Shown here: positions 1-8,816 of the stretch, in pieces
Position numbering within the stretch: the stretch's first letter is position 1
Layout of the letters: each line of letters begins with the position of its first letter
DNA from: Treponemataceae bacterium
Lineage (GTDB): Bacteria > Spirochaetota > Spirochaetia > Treponematales > Rectinemataceae
Reading direction: 5' to 3'
NCBI GenBank assembly: GCA_963677895.2
Contig: CAXXGJ010000025.1
Span: forward strand, 64,001-128,000
Length of the DNA stretch: 64,000 nt
Notes under the pieces: model-generated
What the model was told of the DNA's origin: nothing
Databases searched by the model: none
Seen by the model: only the letters and a program-made list of their open reading frames with translations
Position numbers and translations under genes: made by a program

Positions 1-2
1 CC

Positions 3-527
3 GCCCAGAACATCGCCATTCCCCAGGGATATGAACGCTTCGGACAGAAAAAATCAGCGCCGGCCTTCGTAAAATCCTGCGGCGCCTTTTCGGCGCTGAA
101 GGAAAAAACGGCTTCCGCCCCGGAATCCATCCCGTCGAAGCCTTCCGGCGTTTCGGCGCTAAAGAATTGGCCGATCCAGCTCCATCTGGTGAATCCCAGG
201 GCTCCCCATTTCGCCGATGCTGACATCGTCATCGCCGCCGACTGCACGGCATTCGCGCTGGGTTCCTTCCATGCCGACATCATCGGGGGAAAATCCCTCG
301 TCATCGCCTGCCCGAAGCTGGATTCGGGGAAAGACATCTACCTTTCCAAGCTGGCCGATATACTGCGGCAGGCCCGAAGTACTTCGGTCGTCATCATGGA
401 AGTGCCCTGCTGTTCCGGTCTCCTGAAGCTGGTTCAGGAAGCACGGTCCATGGCCGGAGCGACGTTGCCGATCGACGTTCTCATCGTCGGAATAGACGGC
501 GGCTTCGTCGCCAGGAAAACAGTTTGA
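3..527 (+). CDS. Iron-sulfur cluster-binding protein, C-terminal part (5' truncated by window edge)
   Basis: Frame is open from position 3. Contains NWPIQLHLV, AADC, ACPKLD and MEVPCC motifs typical of the C-terminal domain of 4Fe-4S ferredoxin-fused proteins of anaerobes. Confidence 0.75.
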   Translation, partial: AQNIAIPQGYERFGQKKSAPAFVKSCGAFSALKEKTASAPESIPSKPSGVSALKNWPIQLHLVNPRAPHFADADIVIAADCTAFALGSFHADIIGGKSLVIACPKLDSGKDIYLSKLADILRQARSTSVVIMEVPCCSGLLKLVQEARSMAGATLPIDVLIVGIDGGFVARKTV

Positions 528-586
528 TTCATGTAAGGTGCGGGATGTATAATCAAGCACTATCATTTACGTCTATGGAGGGGATT

Positions 587-817
587 ATGGCGGACAAATC
601 ATCAAAAAATCCCGGCAACGTCGCGGGAAAGTGGTATGTGGATTCGACATGCATAGGCTGCGCCCTGTGCAACGGCACGGCGCCCGACGTTTTCGCGATG
701 ACCGACGACGGATCGCTGGCCTTCGTCGCCAAGCAGCCGGGACCCGGCGGCGAGACGGAGCTGGCGGTACAGGCGCTCAGCGACTGCCCCGTGGGAGCCA
801 TAGGCAACGACGCGTAA
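587..817 (+). CDS. Single-cluster ferredoxin (76 aa)
   Basis: CIGCALC...DCPVGAI cluster motif; GGAGGG RBS just before ATG 587. Confidence 0.9.
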   Translation: MADKSSKNPGNVAGKWYVDSTCIGCALCNGTAPDVFAMTDDGSLAFVAKQPGPGGETELAVQALSDCPVGAIGNDA

Positions 818-874
818 GCCTGGCGGCAATGACGAGGCTGACCTCCACTGAAGGGGCGGCCGCCGCGGCTCCTT

Positions 875-906
875 GGGGCGGGCAGGATCGCGATCCTGCC
901 CGCCCC
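875..906. repeat. Perfect 32-bp palindrome between convergent genes
   Basis: ggggcgggcaggatcgcgatcctgcccgcccc is its own reverse complement. Confidence 0.9.
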
Positions 907-910
907 CGCT

Positions 911-2026
911 TCACATCAAATTCTCGGGATTGAGCCTCTCGAGTTCCGGCAGCACAAACCGGCCGTCCTTCCTCGCGAGCTTGCCGTCCAGCCAGATTTC
1001 CCCGCCTCCCGACGCCTCGTCCTGTTTGAGCACGAGGTCCCAGTGCAGGCTCGACCGGTTGCCGTTGAAACAGTCGTCGTAAGAATTCCCCGGCGTTATG
1101 TGCACCGAGCCGGCGATCTTCTCGTCGAACAAGGTATCCAGCAAGGGCTGAGTGATATAGGGATTGACGCCGAAGGCGAACTCGCCCAGATACCGCGCTC
1201 CCTCATCTATGTCGAGCATCGCGTTGACGCGCTTCGTGTCGTTCGCCCGCGCGTCCACGATCTTTCCGTTCTTGAACTCGAACCTCACCTGCTCGAACTT
1301 GAATCCATCCTTCTCGCTCGGCGTATTGTAGCTTAAGACCCCATTCACCGAATCCCTCACGGGAGCCGTATACACTTCCCCGTCGGGGATGTTCATCGTC
1401 CCGTCGCACTTGATGGCGGGGAGGCCCTTGATCGAAAAAGCGAGATCGGTGCCCGGTCCCAGCACCCGAACCTTGTCCGTGCTTTCGAGAAGCTTCACCA
1501 GGGGATCCATGGCCTTCGACATTTTGGCGTAATCCATGGTGCAGACATCGAAGAAATAATCCTCGAAAGCCGCTTCGCTCATGGCCGCGTTTTGGGCCAT
1601 CGCGGGCGACGGATAGCGGAGCACCACCCATCTCGTGTGCGGGACTCTCTGCTCGATATGCACTTTTTTCCAGATATGCTTATTATACAGATCCATTTTT
1701 TCCGCCGGCAGGTCCTTCCAGGCGAATGCGTTGCGCAGGCTCGTGAATCCTATGAACGCGTCCATTTTCTTCATCCGCTCTAGTTCGAATTGGGCCTGCA
1801 GGACAAACTGCTCCTCGGGGCCGTTCAGGTACAGTTCCCTCTCCACCGCCTTGTCGCGGAGCGCCACGAAGGCCAGCCCTCCCGCCGCGTGGACGGCGCC
1901 AACGAGCGCCTTTACGAATTCCGGTTCCGCGTTCGTGTCCTGTATGAGCACCTTTTCGCCTTTTTTCACCATGACGGAATAATTGACCAGGATGTCGGCC
2001 AACCTTCGTATCCTCGGATCCACCAT
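911..2026 (-). CDS. Aminopeptidase, peptidase M29 (AmpS/AmpT) family
   Basis: NIPDGEVYTAP, GEFAFG, LFDEKIAGSVHITPG and SSLHWDLV motifs; AGGAG RBS. Confidence 0.9.
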   Translation of the reverse strand: MVDPRIRRLADILVNYSVMVKKGEKVLIQDTNAEPEFVKALVGAVHAAGGLAFVALRDKAVERELYLNGPEEQFVLQAQFELERMKKMDAFIGFTSLRNAFAWKDLPAEKMDLYNKHIWKKVHIEQRVPHTRWVVLRYPSPAMAQNAAMSEAAFEDYFFDVCTMDYAKMSKAMDPLVKLLESTDKVRVLGPGTDLAFSIKGLPAIKCDGTMNIPDGEVYTAPVRDSVNGVLSYNTPSEKDGFKFEQVRFEFKNGKIVDARANDTKRVNAMLDIDEGARYLGEFAFGVNPYITQPLLDTLFDEKIAGSVHITPGNSYDDCFNGNRSSLHWDLVLKQDEASGGGEIWLDGKLARKDGRFVLPELERLNPENLM

Positions 2027-2159
2027 TTATCATCTCCTCTTAAAAGCATCTATCGATCCACAGGCGCCTGCCGGTTCCACCCGCCGGTCCGGGCGTCCTC
2101 GACGGCACCCGAGCCCCGGCGCCTCGACAAAATCATGCTTTTTCTTCATACTCATTATC

Positions 2160-2453
2160 ATGAGCGAAGAACTTCCTTCCTGTTCCGGTCCTTTCGGCGG
2201 GGTCCAGATAGAATACCCCGTCCACTTCGATCTGCGCGTCATCTACAGCAAGGCCGAAGCCCAGGATATCGCCGCGGTCCTTGAAGCGACCCTCAAGCGA
2301 ATCGCCGTTCCCTGTTCCATCATTCAGGGAGTGGCCAAGCCCGACGGAAAGTACGGACGCATGGGCGCCAGGGTAACCGTCGACTCCAAGCAGACGATGG
2401 ACAGACTCTACGCCGAAGTGTCCAAGCTTCCGGGCATCAAGGCCGTCATTTAG
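2160..2453 (+). CDS. DUF493/YbeD-like ACT-fold protein
   Basis: IEYPVHFDLRVI...GKYGRMGARVTV...LYAEVSKLPGIKAVI pattern and length of about 97 aa; start reassigned to ATG 2160. Confidence 0.7.
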   Translation: MSEELPSCSGPFGGVQIEYPVHFDLRVIYSKAEAQDIAAVLEATLKRIAVPCSIIQGVAKPDGKYGRMGARVTVDSKQTMDRLYAEVSKLPGIKAVI

Positions 2454-2487
2454 GCGCCCTCGTCGAAGACTCGGCTGGTGCCGCGGC

Positions 2488-5400
2488 CTAAGGCCTGACC
2501 GGCCGCTCCACAGCAGCCTCGACAGGCCACTCCACAGCAGCCTCGACAGGCCGCTCCACAGCGGCTTCGGCCGCCCATGCATCCCTCACGATATAATAGC
2601 TTTTCTTCAGCTTTTCACGATAGGGAGGAGCCTCTTCCCAAACCTTCCAGAAATAGGGATACGAGGGATTCAACTCTATTCCGCCCGTCGTTTTCCCCTG
2701 CTTTTTATCCCATGCGACCGCGTCGACGAGAAAGCCGTCGGTTGCTATTGTCTTCAGCGCGTCCCTTTCTGGATTGAAATAGCCCGTCCTCGAATCCTGG
2801 AGGACCTGGCGCGAAGAAGGATCGGTCACGTTGATGTAAGTCCAGGGCAGGCGCAAAGAGATGGTCGATCCCTGGATGTTCCAGAGGTTGCCCGCTTCAT
2901 CGAAGGGACCGCGGCGCAGGGCTGAAGCGTCGAAACGCTTCTCGGCGATGCTCCTGCCGTCTTTCGTCCGCGCCGCTCCATTGACGAGCATGCTGATCCG
3001 CTCGAATTGGCCGTCGGAGAGGCGAACCGTGGCGAAGCGGGACATGGCCGCATTGTAGGTCGGGATGACGAGGAGATCAGCTTTGTCGGCCGCGTACAGG
3101 CGGAGGACAAATTCCAGTCCGGAGTTCGTCTTCATTTTGCCGATGGGCCAAAGCATCTGCCCCAGGTCTCGGCCGAGCGTATCGAGTCCGACCAGGATTT
3201 CCTCCGCGGCGAAATCGGGGGCTCGCTTAAGCTTTATCGTAATATTCAGGTACGACGCGTCGGCCGACAGTTCCATTGAATCGACGATGCCATTGCCTTT
3301 ATATGCTACATCGGGCCGTTCCGGAGTCAGGACTTCGTTCGCCATAAGGCCGTAGTTTTGCCCAGGGTCGACGGCGTTGTGCCAGAGGACATGCCGGTCG
3401 TAGGGAATCATAAGCGTCTCGGTGGTCCAGGTTTTCTTCACCCACTCGTCCATCCACTCGAAGATGACGCCGCCGGCATAGCCCTCTTTCCGGATCGCGT
3501 CCATCATCCTGAGGATGCCTTCCCCGGCCGCTGTTTCGCCTAAGCCGCCATGATGCAGTCCATCGGGGGCAAAATGCGCGATGCCCGAACCGTTGGCCAG
3601 GCCGAACTCGGCCACGAGGGCGGGATAGCGTCCATGACTCTCCATGAACTCCCTGAGATATCCGCCATAGCGGAGCAGGCCTTCTTCATCCTTGTAGGAG
3701 CCATAGGCGGTCTCATTGTTCATGAAATCGGGATAGTTCGGGTAGATGTGGTAGGCGCCGAAGAGCCCAGCTGTCATGGCGGGCGTGATTTCAAAGTGAT
3801 CTATGGTCACGCTCGCCCTGTCGTTTCCCTTATTCTTCTTGCCGGTCGCGGGGTCCCACTCCGAGTCGTGTTCCTTGGGATCCAGGGTCGGCCAGCTCAC
3901 GATGGAGACGGGATGGAGCCGGCCGTATCGAGCCGCTTCGATCGACGCCACTTCGTCCAGCGATTCGGCCAGCCATACTTCCGTCGGCGTCGCCTCTGGC
4001 CCGGCCGAGACATACTTCCCCGTATATGCGACATTCCTGTTGTGCGCATCCGTTTCCATGACTTCTTCGCTCTCAAGCTCCCGGCCCACGAGCCATCCCA
4101 GAAGCCATTTCGATACATCGGCCGTATAGATGCCCCAGGCTCTCCCCTTGCGATCCGGCACATTGGCCCGGCCGTAAACGGCATCGATGCCGTAATCGAT
4201 TTCCTTGAGGAAGCTTTCCCTATATTCGGGCGCGAGATAGTCGCCATTGGCGGGATTTTCCTCTGGCCAGATTTCCTGGAGCAGATAGAGCGTTCTGTCG
4301 GGATGCTCGGTATTGTGGATGAACAGCGCCTTATAGAACTCGGGCGGCGGAAGCGTGTAGATCCTTACGGTATTGGCATTCATGTCGGCGATGCCTTCGA
4401 GCCAACGCGCGTAGGTCCCGACGTCTTCCGGGAAATTGGTGAAGTACATACCCGGTTCCGCGAAGCCCATGTTGACGCCGCGCACGAAAAAATCTTTCCA
4501 GCTCCCGTCCTTGTCGCGTAGCTGAAAGCTTTTTCCGAAGGCCCTGACGTCGACTTTGGGTTCGCCTTGTTCGTTGGGTATCAAAGTTCTCGCGGCCTTG
4601 GCCTTTTCCGCGTCGCGTAGTATCGAGCGTATGAGCGGCACATAGGCCTTCCAGAAGAAATAGGCGTTGCTGTCCACCGAATCGTCGATAAGCAGTTTTT
4701 TCAGCCAGGAGATACCCTTCATTCCGTAGGGAGTGGATATAGCCTGGAGGTCGGCGAAATCCCCCGCGAAATACCAGCCCGAATACTGCGGGTTTTTATA
4801 GAGAAGAATGGCCGGAAAGGCTGAAGGCAGCCCGAGGCTATCCAGTTTGGCCTTTCCGCTCGCGGTAAGGTCGAGATTATAATCGGCGACGATTTCCGAT
4901 CCGCTGTCGGGGACGGTCCACTCGAACCAGGAACGGTAGGAAATAGGTTTTTTCGATTTCAGGGTTTCGGCCCAGGGATCTCTGAAGGAAAACTTCAGCC
5001 CGTCCTTGCCCAGATCGTCCTTTTCCGTCAGCACCTCGACATGGTCTTCATCCGAGATGAGAATGTATCCGCGGCCAAAAAAGCTCCATTGCTTGCCGGT
5101 TTGAGCCGCGTAATTGGATATCACCCAGGCAGGGACTTCTTTCCCCGCCGTGAGATCCTCGAAATACTTGCCGATCCATCCTTTCCACTGGATGCCCAGC
5201 AACCTTCCCAGCGTAAGCCTGTCTTTCAGGTTCGTCGGCGAGGCCGCCGAATTGAACTCGGCCATGAAGGTATTCCCGGCCCCCAGGTTCTTCCTTATCG
5301 TCTGGATATCCTCCGAGGTCAAGGCGCCGTATAGCTTGGAGGAAATTTCGCCCGCCAGCTTCTTCTGCATATAGTCGTCTTTGTAGACGCCATAGGTATC

Positions 5401-5754
5401 GGTGATATAGACGATATCGGGCCGCCGTCCATCGGCCGGCAGGGAAAGGCTTCTCCATTCGTTTTCGCCATAAGGATAGAAGCCGAAGTAATCGGATTTT
5501 TCATTATAGAGCCGTCTGGAGCCCAGCTTCGCGATTTTCTCGTTTTTCAGCACCCAGAAAAATCCGGCGTGTTCACGGTAATCTGGATATGGAACGGTCT
5601 TGTCCACAGCCCATATGTTGAGTTCGCGCGATGGGGCGACCTGCCACAAGATGAAAGGAGACAGAACGAGGAGGACCATTCCGGCCGTGATCGCGACGAG
5701 GAGGATGCCCAGGATCATCATCGTGGAACGTTGACCGATTCCAGAACTCTTCAT
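2488..5754 (-). CDS. Membrane-anchored two-domain protein: uncharacterised N-terminal domain fused to a GH-A-clan (GH2-like TIM barrel) glycoside hydrolase
   Basis: N-terminal TM helix. C-terminal half has RGVNMG, NTVRIY, VGRELE (candidate acid/base Glu), YHIYPNYPDF, VAEFG (candidate nucleophile Glu) and FEWMDEW. ATGA overlap with the upstream GT2 gene. Confidence 0.7.
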   Translation of the reverse strand: MKSSGIGQRSTMMILGILLVAITAGMVLLVLSPFILWQVAPSRELNIWAVDKTVPYPDYREHAGFFWVLKNEKIAKLGSRRLYNEKSDYFGFYPYGENEWRSLSLPADGRRPDIVYITDTYGVYKDDYMQKKLAGEISSKLYGALTSEDIQTIRKNLGAGNTFMAEFNSAASPTNLKDRLTLGRLLGIQWKGWIGKYFEDLTAGKEVPAWVISNYAAQTGKQWSFFGRGYILISDEDHVEVLTEKDDLGKDGLKFSFRDPWAETLKSKKPISYRSWFEWTVPDSGSEIVADYNLDLTASGKAKLDSLGLPSAFPAILLYKNPQYSGWYFAGDFADLQAISTPYGMKGISWLKKLLIDDSVDSNAYFFWKAYVPLIRSILRDAEKAKAARTLIPNEQGEPKVDVRAFGKSFQLRDKDGSWKDFFVRGVNMGFAEPGMYFTNFPEDVGTYARWLEGIADMNANTVRIYTLPPPEFYKALFIHNTEHPDRTLYLLQEIWPEENPANGDYLAPEYRESFLKEIDYGIDAVYGRANVPDRKGRAWGIYTADVSKWLLGWLVGRELESEEVMETDAHNRNVAYTGKYVSAGPEATPTEVWLAESLDEVASIEAARYGRLHPVSIVSWPTLDPKEHDSEWDPATGKKNKGNDRASVTIDHFEITPAMTAGLFGAYHIYPNYPDFMNNETAYGSYKDEEGLLRYGGYLREFMESHGRYPALVAEFGLANGSGIAHFAPDGLHHGGLGETAAGEGILRMMDAIRKEGYAGGVIFEWMDEWVKKTWTTETLMIPYDRHVLWHNAVDPGQNYGLMANEVLTPERPDVAYKGNGIVDSMELSADASYLNITIKLKRAPDFAAEEILVGLDTLGRDLGQMLWPIGKMKTNSGLEFVLRLYAADKADLLVIPTYNAAMSRFATVRLSDGQFERISMLVNGAARTKDGRSIAEKRFDASALRRGPFDEAGNLWNIQGSTISLRLPWTYINVTDPSSRQVLQDSRTGYFNPERDALKTIATDGFLVDAVAWDKKQGKTTGGIELNPSYPYFWKVWEEAPPYREKLKKSYYIVRDAWAAEAAVERPVEAAVEWPVEAAVERPVRP
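2497..2568. repeat. 24-bp tandem repeat x3 encoding (EAAVE[R/W]PV)3
   Basis: gaccggccgctccacagcagcctc / gacaggccactccacagcagcctc / gacaggccgctccacagcggcttc at the extreme 3' end of the 1088-aa gene. Confidence 0.95.
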
Positions 5755-8700
5755 TTCTTGTCCTTGTCAGGCTGATTCCCGGTAGGCCCCTGGGCCGTGC
5801 CGGATGAGGAAAAGCCCTTTCTTTCCATCTTGCCCCAACCTTTCGGCTTTTTCATGGCGCTCAGGAAACCGAACACGCGCCACATCGAAAACAGCTGCCT
5901 GGGACCGAAATTCTCGATGAGGGCGATGGCGAGCATCTTCAGAGTATCCTTATACGAGAAATAATAGATCTGCCGCTCAGCGATCAGCACTGAAGCCATG
6001 GAAATGAGGATCCCCATGAAGACGGTCGAGAGGAAAAGAAGAATGGCGAGCTTGGCGCTTATCAAACCGAGAAGAGCCGCCAAGAAGACCATGAAATAGC
6101 CTTGAATCTCAAATAGCGGGCCGATCATCTCGAAAATAAGAAAATACGACATCCCGATCATGCCCATTTTTCCATAGCCGGGATTGAAAATCAGCTTTCT
6201 GTGGAAATACAGTATATCGATGAGCCCTCTATGCCATCTGTCCCTCTGCCGCTTCAGGACATCTATGCTTTCCGGAACCTCCGTCCAGCAGTTGGCGTTA
6301 TAGGCGTAGCTTATCCTGTATTTCTGCTTTTTTTCCCGCATATGCCTGGCCAGCCTCACGACGAGCTCCATGTCTTCTCCCACGGTATCCTTCCCGTACC
6401 TTTCGTTGCTGGTAAGATAGCCGCCTACGCTGACCACCCGCTCCTTCCGGAAAAGACCGAAGGCGCCGGAGATAATGAGAAGCGTATTGATCTGCGCCCA
6501 GCCGAGCCTGCCGCACATGAATGCCCTCAGATATTCGATGGTCTGCAGTTTGGCCAGGTTGTTGGCCGGAAGCGCTATGTGCGTGAGCTTTCCGCGGTCC
6601 ACGCCGCATCCGTTTATGGGGAACACGTTGCCGCCCATCGCGGGCGTCTCCACCCCGTAATCGAGGGTCATGGCGGCGACCTTCAGCAATGAATCGGGCT
6701 CGAGAAGCGAATCGGCGTCTATGCCGCAAAAATATTCCTTGGAAGCGATGTTGATGCCGGCGTTGAGCGAATCGGCTTTCCCGCCGTTGTCCTTGTCCAC
6801 GACGACGAGACGCGGGTAAAGAGGATTCAAATAGATTCCCCTCACCGAAGCCGTCTTCAGCCGCTGTGTGTAATAATAATCCGTCCGCTTGAGACCGTAA
6901 TGGGAAATGAGGCTGTTCAGCGTGCCGTCGCGAGATCCGTCGTTGACGACGACGAGCTCGTAGTCCGGATACTTGAGATTGAGCAGGGAACTCGTGCTCT
7001 CTATGATCGTCTTCTCTTCGTTGAAAGCCGGGGCGATGATGGAGACCGAAGGAAGTATGCGGGGCTTGAAAAGGAAGGACATCGTCTTGAGATTCCAGAG
7101 CCGGGTGGAAGATTTCACCTTCACGGTCGAGAGCAGGAGGAGAACGATATAGATCGCGTTGATCGTCATCGAATACCAGGCAAAGTTATAGTTTACGTCC
7201 ACGACGTAGGTTTTCAGCTGCACGAGCGGCGGGATGGAACCTATCTGGCTGCCATGGCTTAAAAAGTAAATAGCGGGAAAAAACAGAAGCGATCCGATCA
7301 ATATCATATAGAGCCGACGCACCATTTTCCAGTCCCGTTTTTCTTCGCGCTTTTTGACGGGAACCGTGATTCTCCGGAAACCGCATTTCTCGATGAGGCG
7401 ATCGGGAAGATAGAGTCCGCATTCCGTCCTCAGCCTTTCGCTTCCATCGGCTTCTTCGCGTATGATGGCGATTACGGCAGCCTCCAGAGCCTCATCCTTG
7501 TTCAGTTTCAAAAACTCGATGATCTCCGAAACCTTCCCGAGCCGGATGACCTCGCTTATGAGCCGGGCCGACTTTTCCTTCTCCTTCCCCGAGAGTTTGG
7601 TTATGAAATATTCGATCTTTCCAGCCAGGATTTCCGCCAGGCTCTGGACGATGTTCTCGTCGGTCGTTTCCTCGAAAGCTTCGACGACCGATGGAATGAG
7701 CCGCGGATGCTCCATGAGAATCCGCGAGAGGCCAATTTTCGCCGGTATCGCCGTCTGCTCATCTCCGAGATAGCGCAGCAATGTATCGATATTATCCTGG
7801 CTGTTTCCGTCGCCGAGGGAGCGCACCGCGATGGCGCGGATATCCTTGTCTTCATGTTCGAGGAACTCCGTGGAATTCAATACATCGCCATAGAATTTTT
7901 CGATGCACTCGGCCGCTTTCAGCATGAGCCTGTGATGGTTCTCCACGGGGTGTTGGCTCGTGACAAGGAGCTTGAAATGCCTGCAGTAAAAATCCGGCGA
8001 GACGCTGCCCTTGTATTTGCATTGTCTTCGCTGATCGTCGGCGATCGTCTGTCCATGCCTGCAGAAGGCGCAGCATTTTTCGGGACAGCCATGCACCAAA
8101 GCCGAAAGCCGGGCCATCTCGGCCTGCCCCCCGGAGAGCATCGCGACAAGATACTCCTTAAGGTCTTCAGAAATATAGGTGATGGATATATCCAGAAAGA
8201 GCTCGAGTATCTCGCTGTCTTCGCGCCAGAAATATCCGCGCAGATAATCTGAAGCCTCCGGACCGAAGGAAGCGATGAGGAGATTCACTTTATCGCGATA
8301 CCAGCGATGCGCGCCGATCAGGCTCTCTACGAGTACATTCAGGGACCGGGGATCCCCGATTTCGGCTAACGCGTTCGCTATGAACAGCTTGACGGGAAAT
8401 TCCTTTTCGACAAGAAGCGCTTTTTCGAGTGTCGCGCGGGCATCGTCGCTCCTGATCAAGGAAAGTCCCAGAGAGGCTTCCATCCGCTCGTAGCGGCTTT
8501 GATACCTGATTCTTCTCTTGAGGATGGACTCCAGCTTTTCCGACCTGGCCAGGCTGAGAATCCTGAGATGCTCCTTTTCGGGAAGCTGTATGGACTGCTT
8601 CAGCCGCAGGTAATTATCGAAAAGCCTGCTCACTCTTTTCTTGTCCCACTTGGTGCCTGTCTCGAAAAGATGGTTGAGTTGGGCGATTTCCCTTTGTCGC

Positions 8701-8816
8701 CGCTCGTCAGAAAGCGCAAGCCTGGACTTGTTGATCAGCGTCGTCAAAATGATGAAAATATCGAACCAAAGGAAAAAGATAACGGCGAGCAGTATGAATT
8801 CTATCTCGAGATTCAT
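5751..8816 (-). CDS. HEAT-repeat + processive family 2 glycosyltransferase (PgaC/IcaA/cellulose-synthase-like) fusion
   Basis: N-terminal TM and HEAT-like helices (ANALAEIGDPRSL; RAIAVRSLG). GT2 motifs PAFNEE, NDGSRD, GGKADSLNAG, DADS, GEDME and QRDRW (QxxRW), flanked by TM helices. Confidence 0.88.
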   Translation of the reverse strand: MNLEIEFILLAVIFFLWFDIFIILTTLINKSRLALSDERRQREIAQLNHLFETGTKWDKKRVSRLFDNYLRLKQSIQLPEKEHLRILSLARSEKLESILKRRIRYQSRYERMEASLGLSLIRSDDARATLEKALLVEKEFPVKLFIANALAEIGDPRSLNVLVESLIGAHRWYRDKVNLLIASFGPEASDYLRGYFWREDSEILELFLDISITYISEDLKEYLVAMLSGGQAEMARLSALVHGCPEKCCAFCRHGQTIADDQRRQCKYKGSVSPDFYCRHFKLLVTSQHPVENHHRLMLKAAECIEKFYGDVLNSTEFLEHEDKDIRAIAVRSLGDGNSQDNIDTLLRYLGDEQTAIPAKIGLSRILMEHPRLIPSVVEAFEETTDENIVQSLAEILAGKIEYFITKLSGKEKEKSARLISEVIRLGKVSEIIEFLKLNKDEALEAAVIAIIREEADGSERLRTECGLYLPDRLIEKCGFRRITVPVKKREEKRDWKMVRRLYMILIGSLLFFPAIYFLSHGSQIGSIPPLVQLKTYVVDVNYNFAWYSMTINAIYIVLLLLSTVKVKSSTRLWNLKTMSFLFKPRILPSVSIIAPAFNEEKTIIESTSSLLNLKYPDYELVVVNDGSRDGTLNSLISHYGLKRTDYYYTQRLKTASVRGIYLNPLYPRLVVVDKDNGGKADSLNAGINIASKEYFCGIDADSLLEPDSLLKVAAMTLDYGVETPAMGGNVFPINGCGVDRGKLTHIALPANNLAKLQTIEYLRAFMCGRLGWAQINTLLIISGAFGLFRKERVVSVGGYLTSNERYGKDTVGEDMELVVRLARHMREKKQKYRISYAYNANCWTEVPESIDVLKRQRDRWHRGLIDILYFHRKLIFNPGYGKMGMIGMSYFLIFEMIGPLFEIQGYFMVFLAALLGLISAKLAILLFLSTVFMGILISMASVLIAERQIYYFSYKDTLKMLAIALIENFGPRQLFSMWRVFGFLSAMKKPKGWGKMERKGFSSSGTAQGPTGNQPDKDKK

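Noticed and set aside
2497..2568. Possible CRISPR array
   Set aside because: The repeats abut with no spacers, are in-frame coding sequence, and no cas genes are present.
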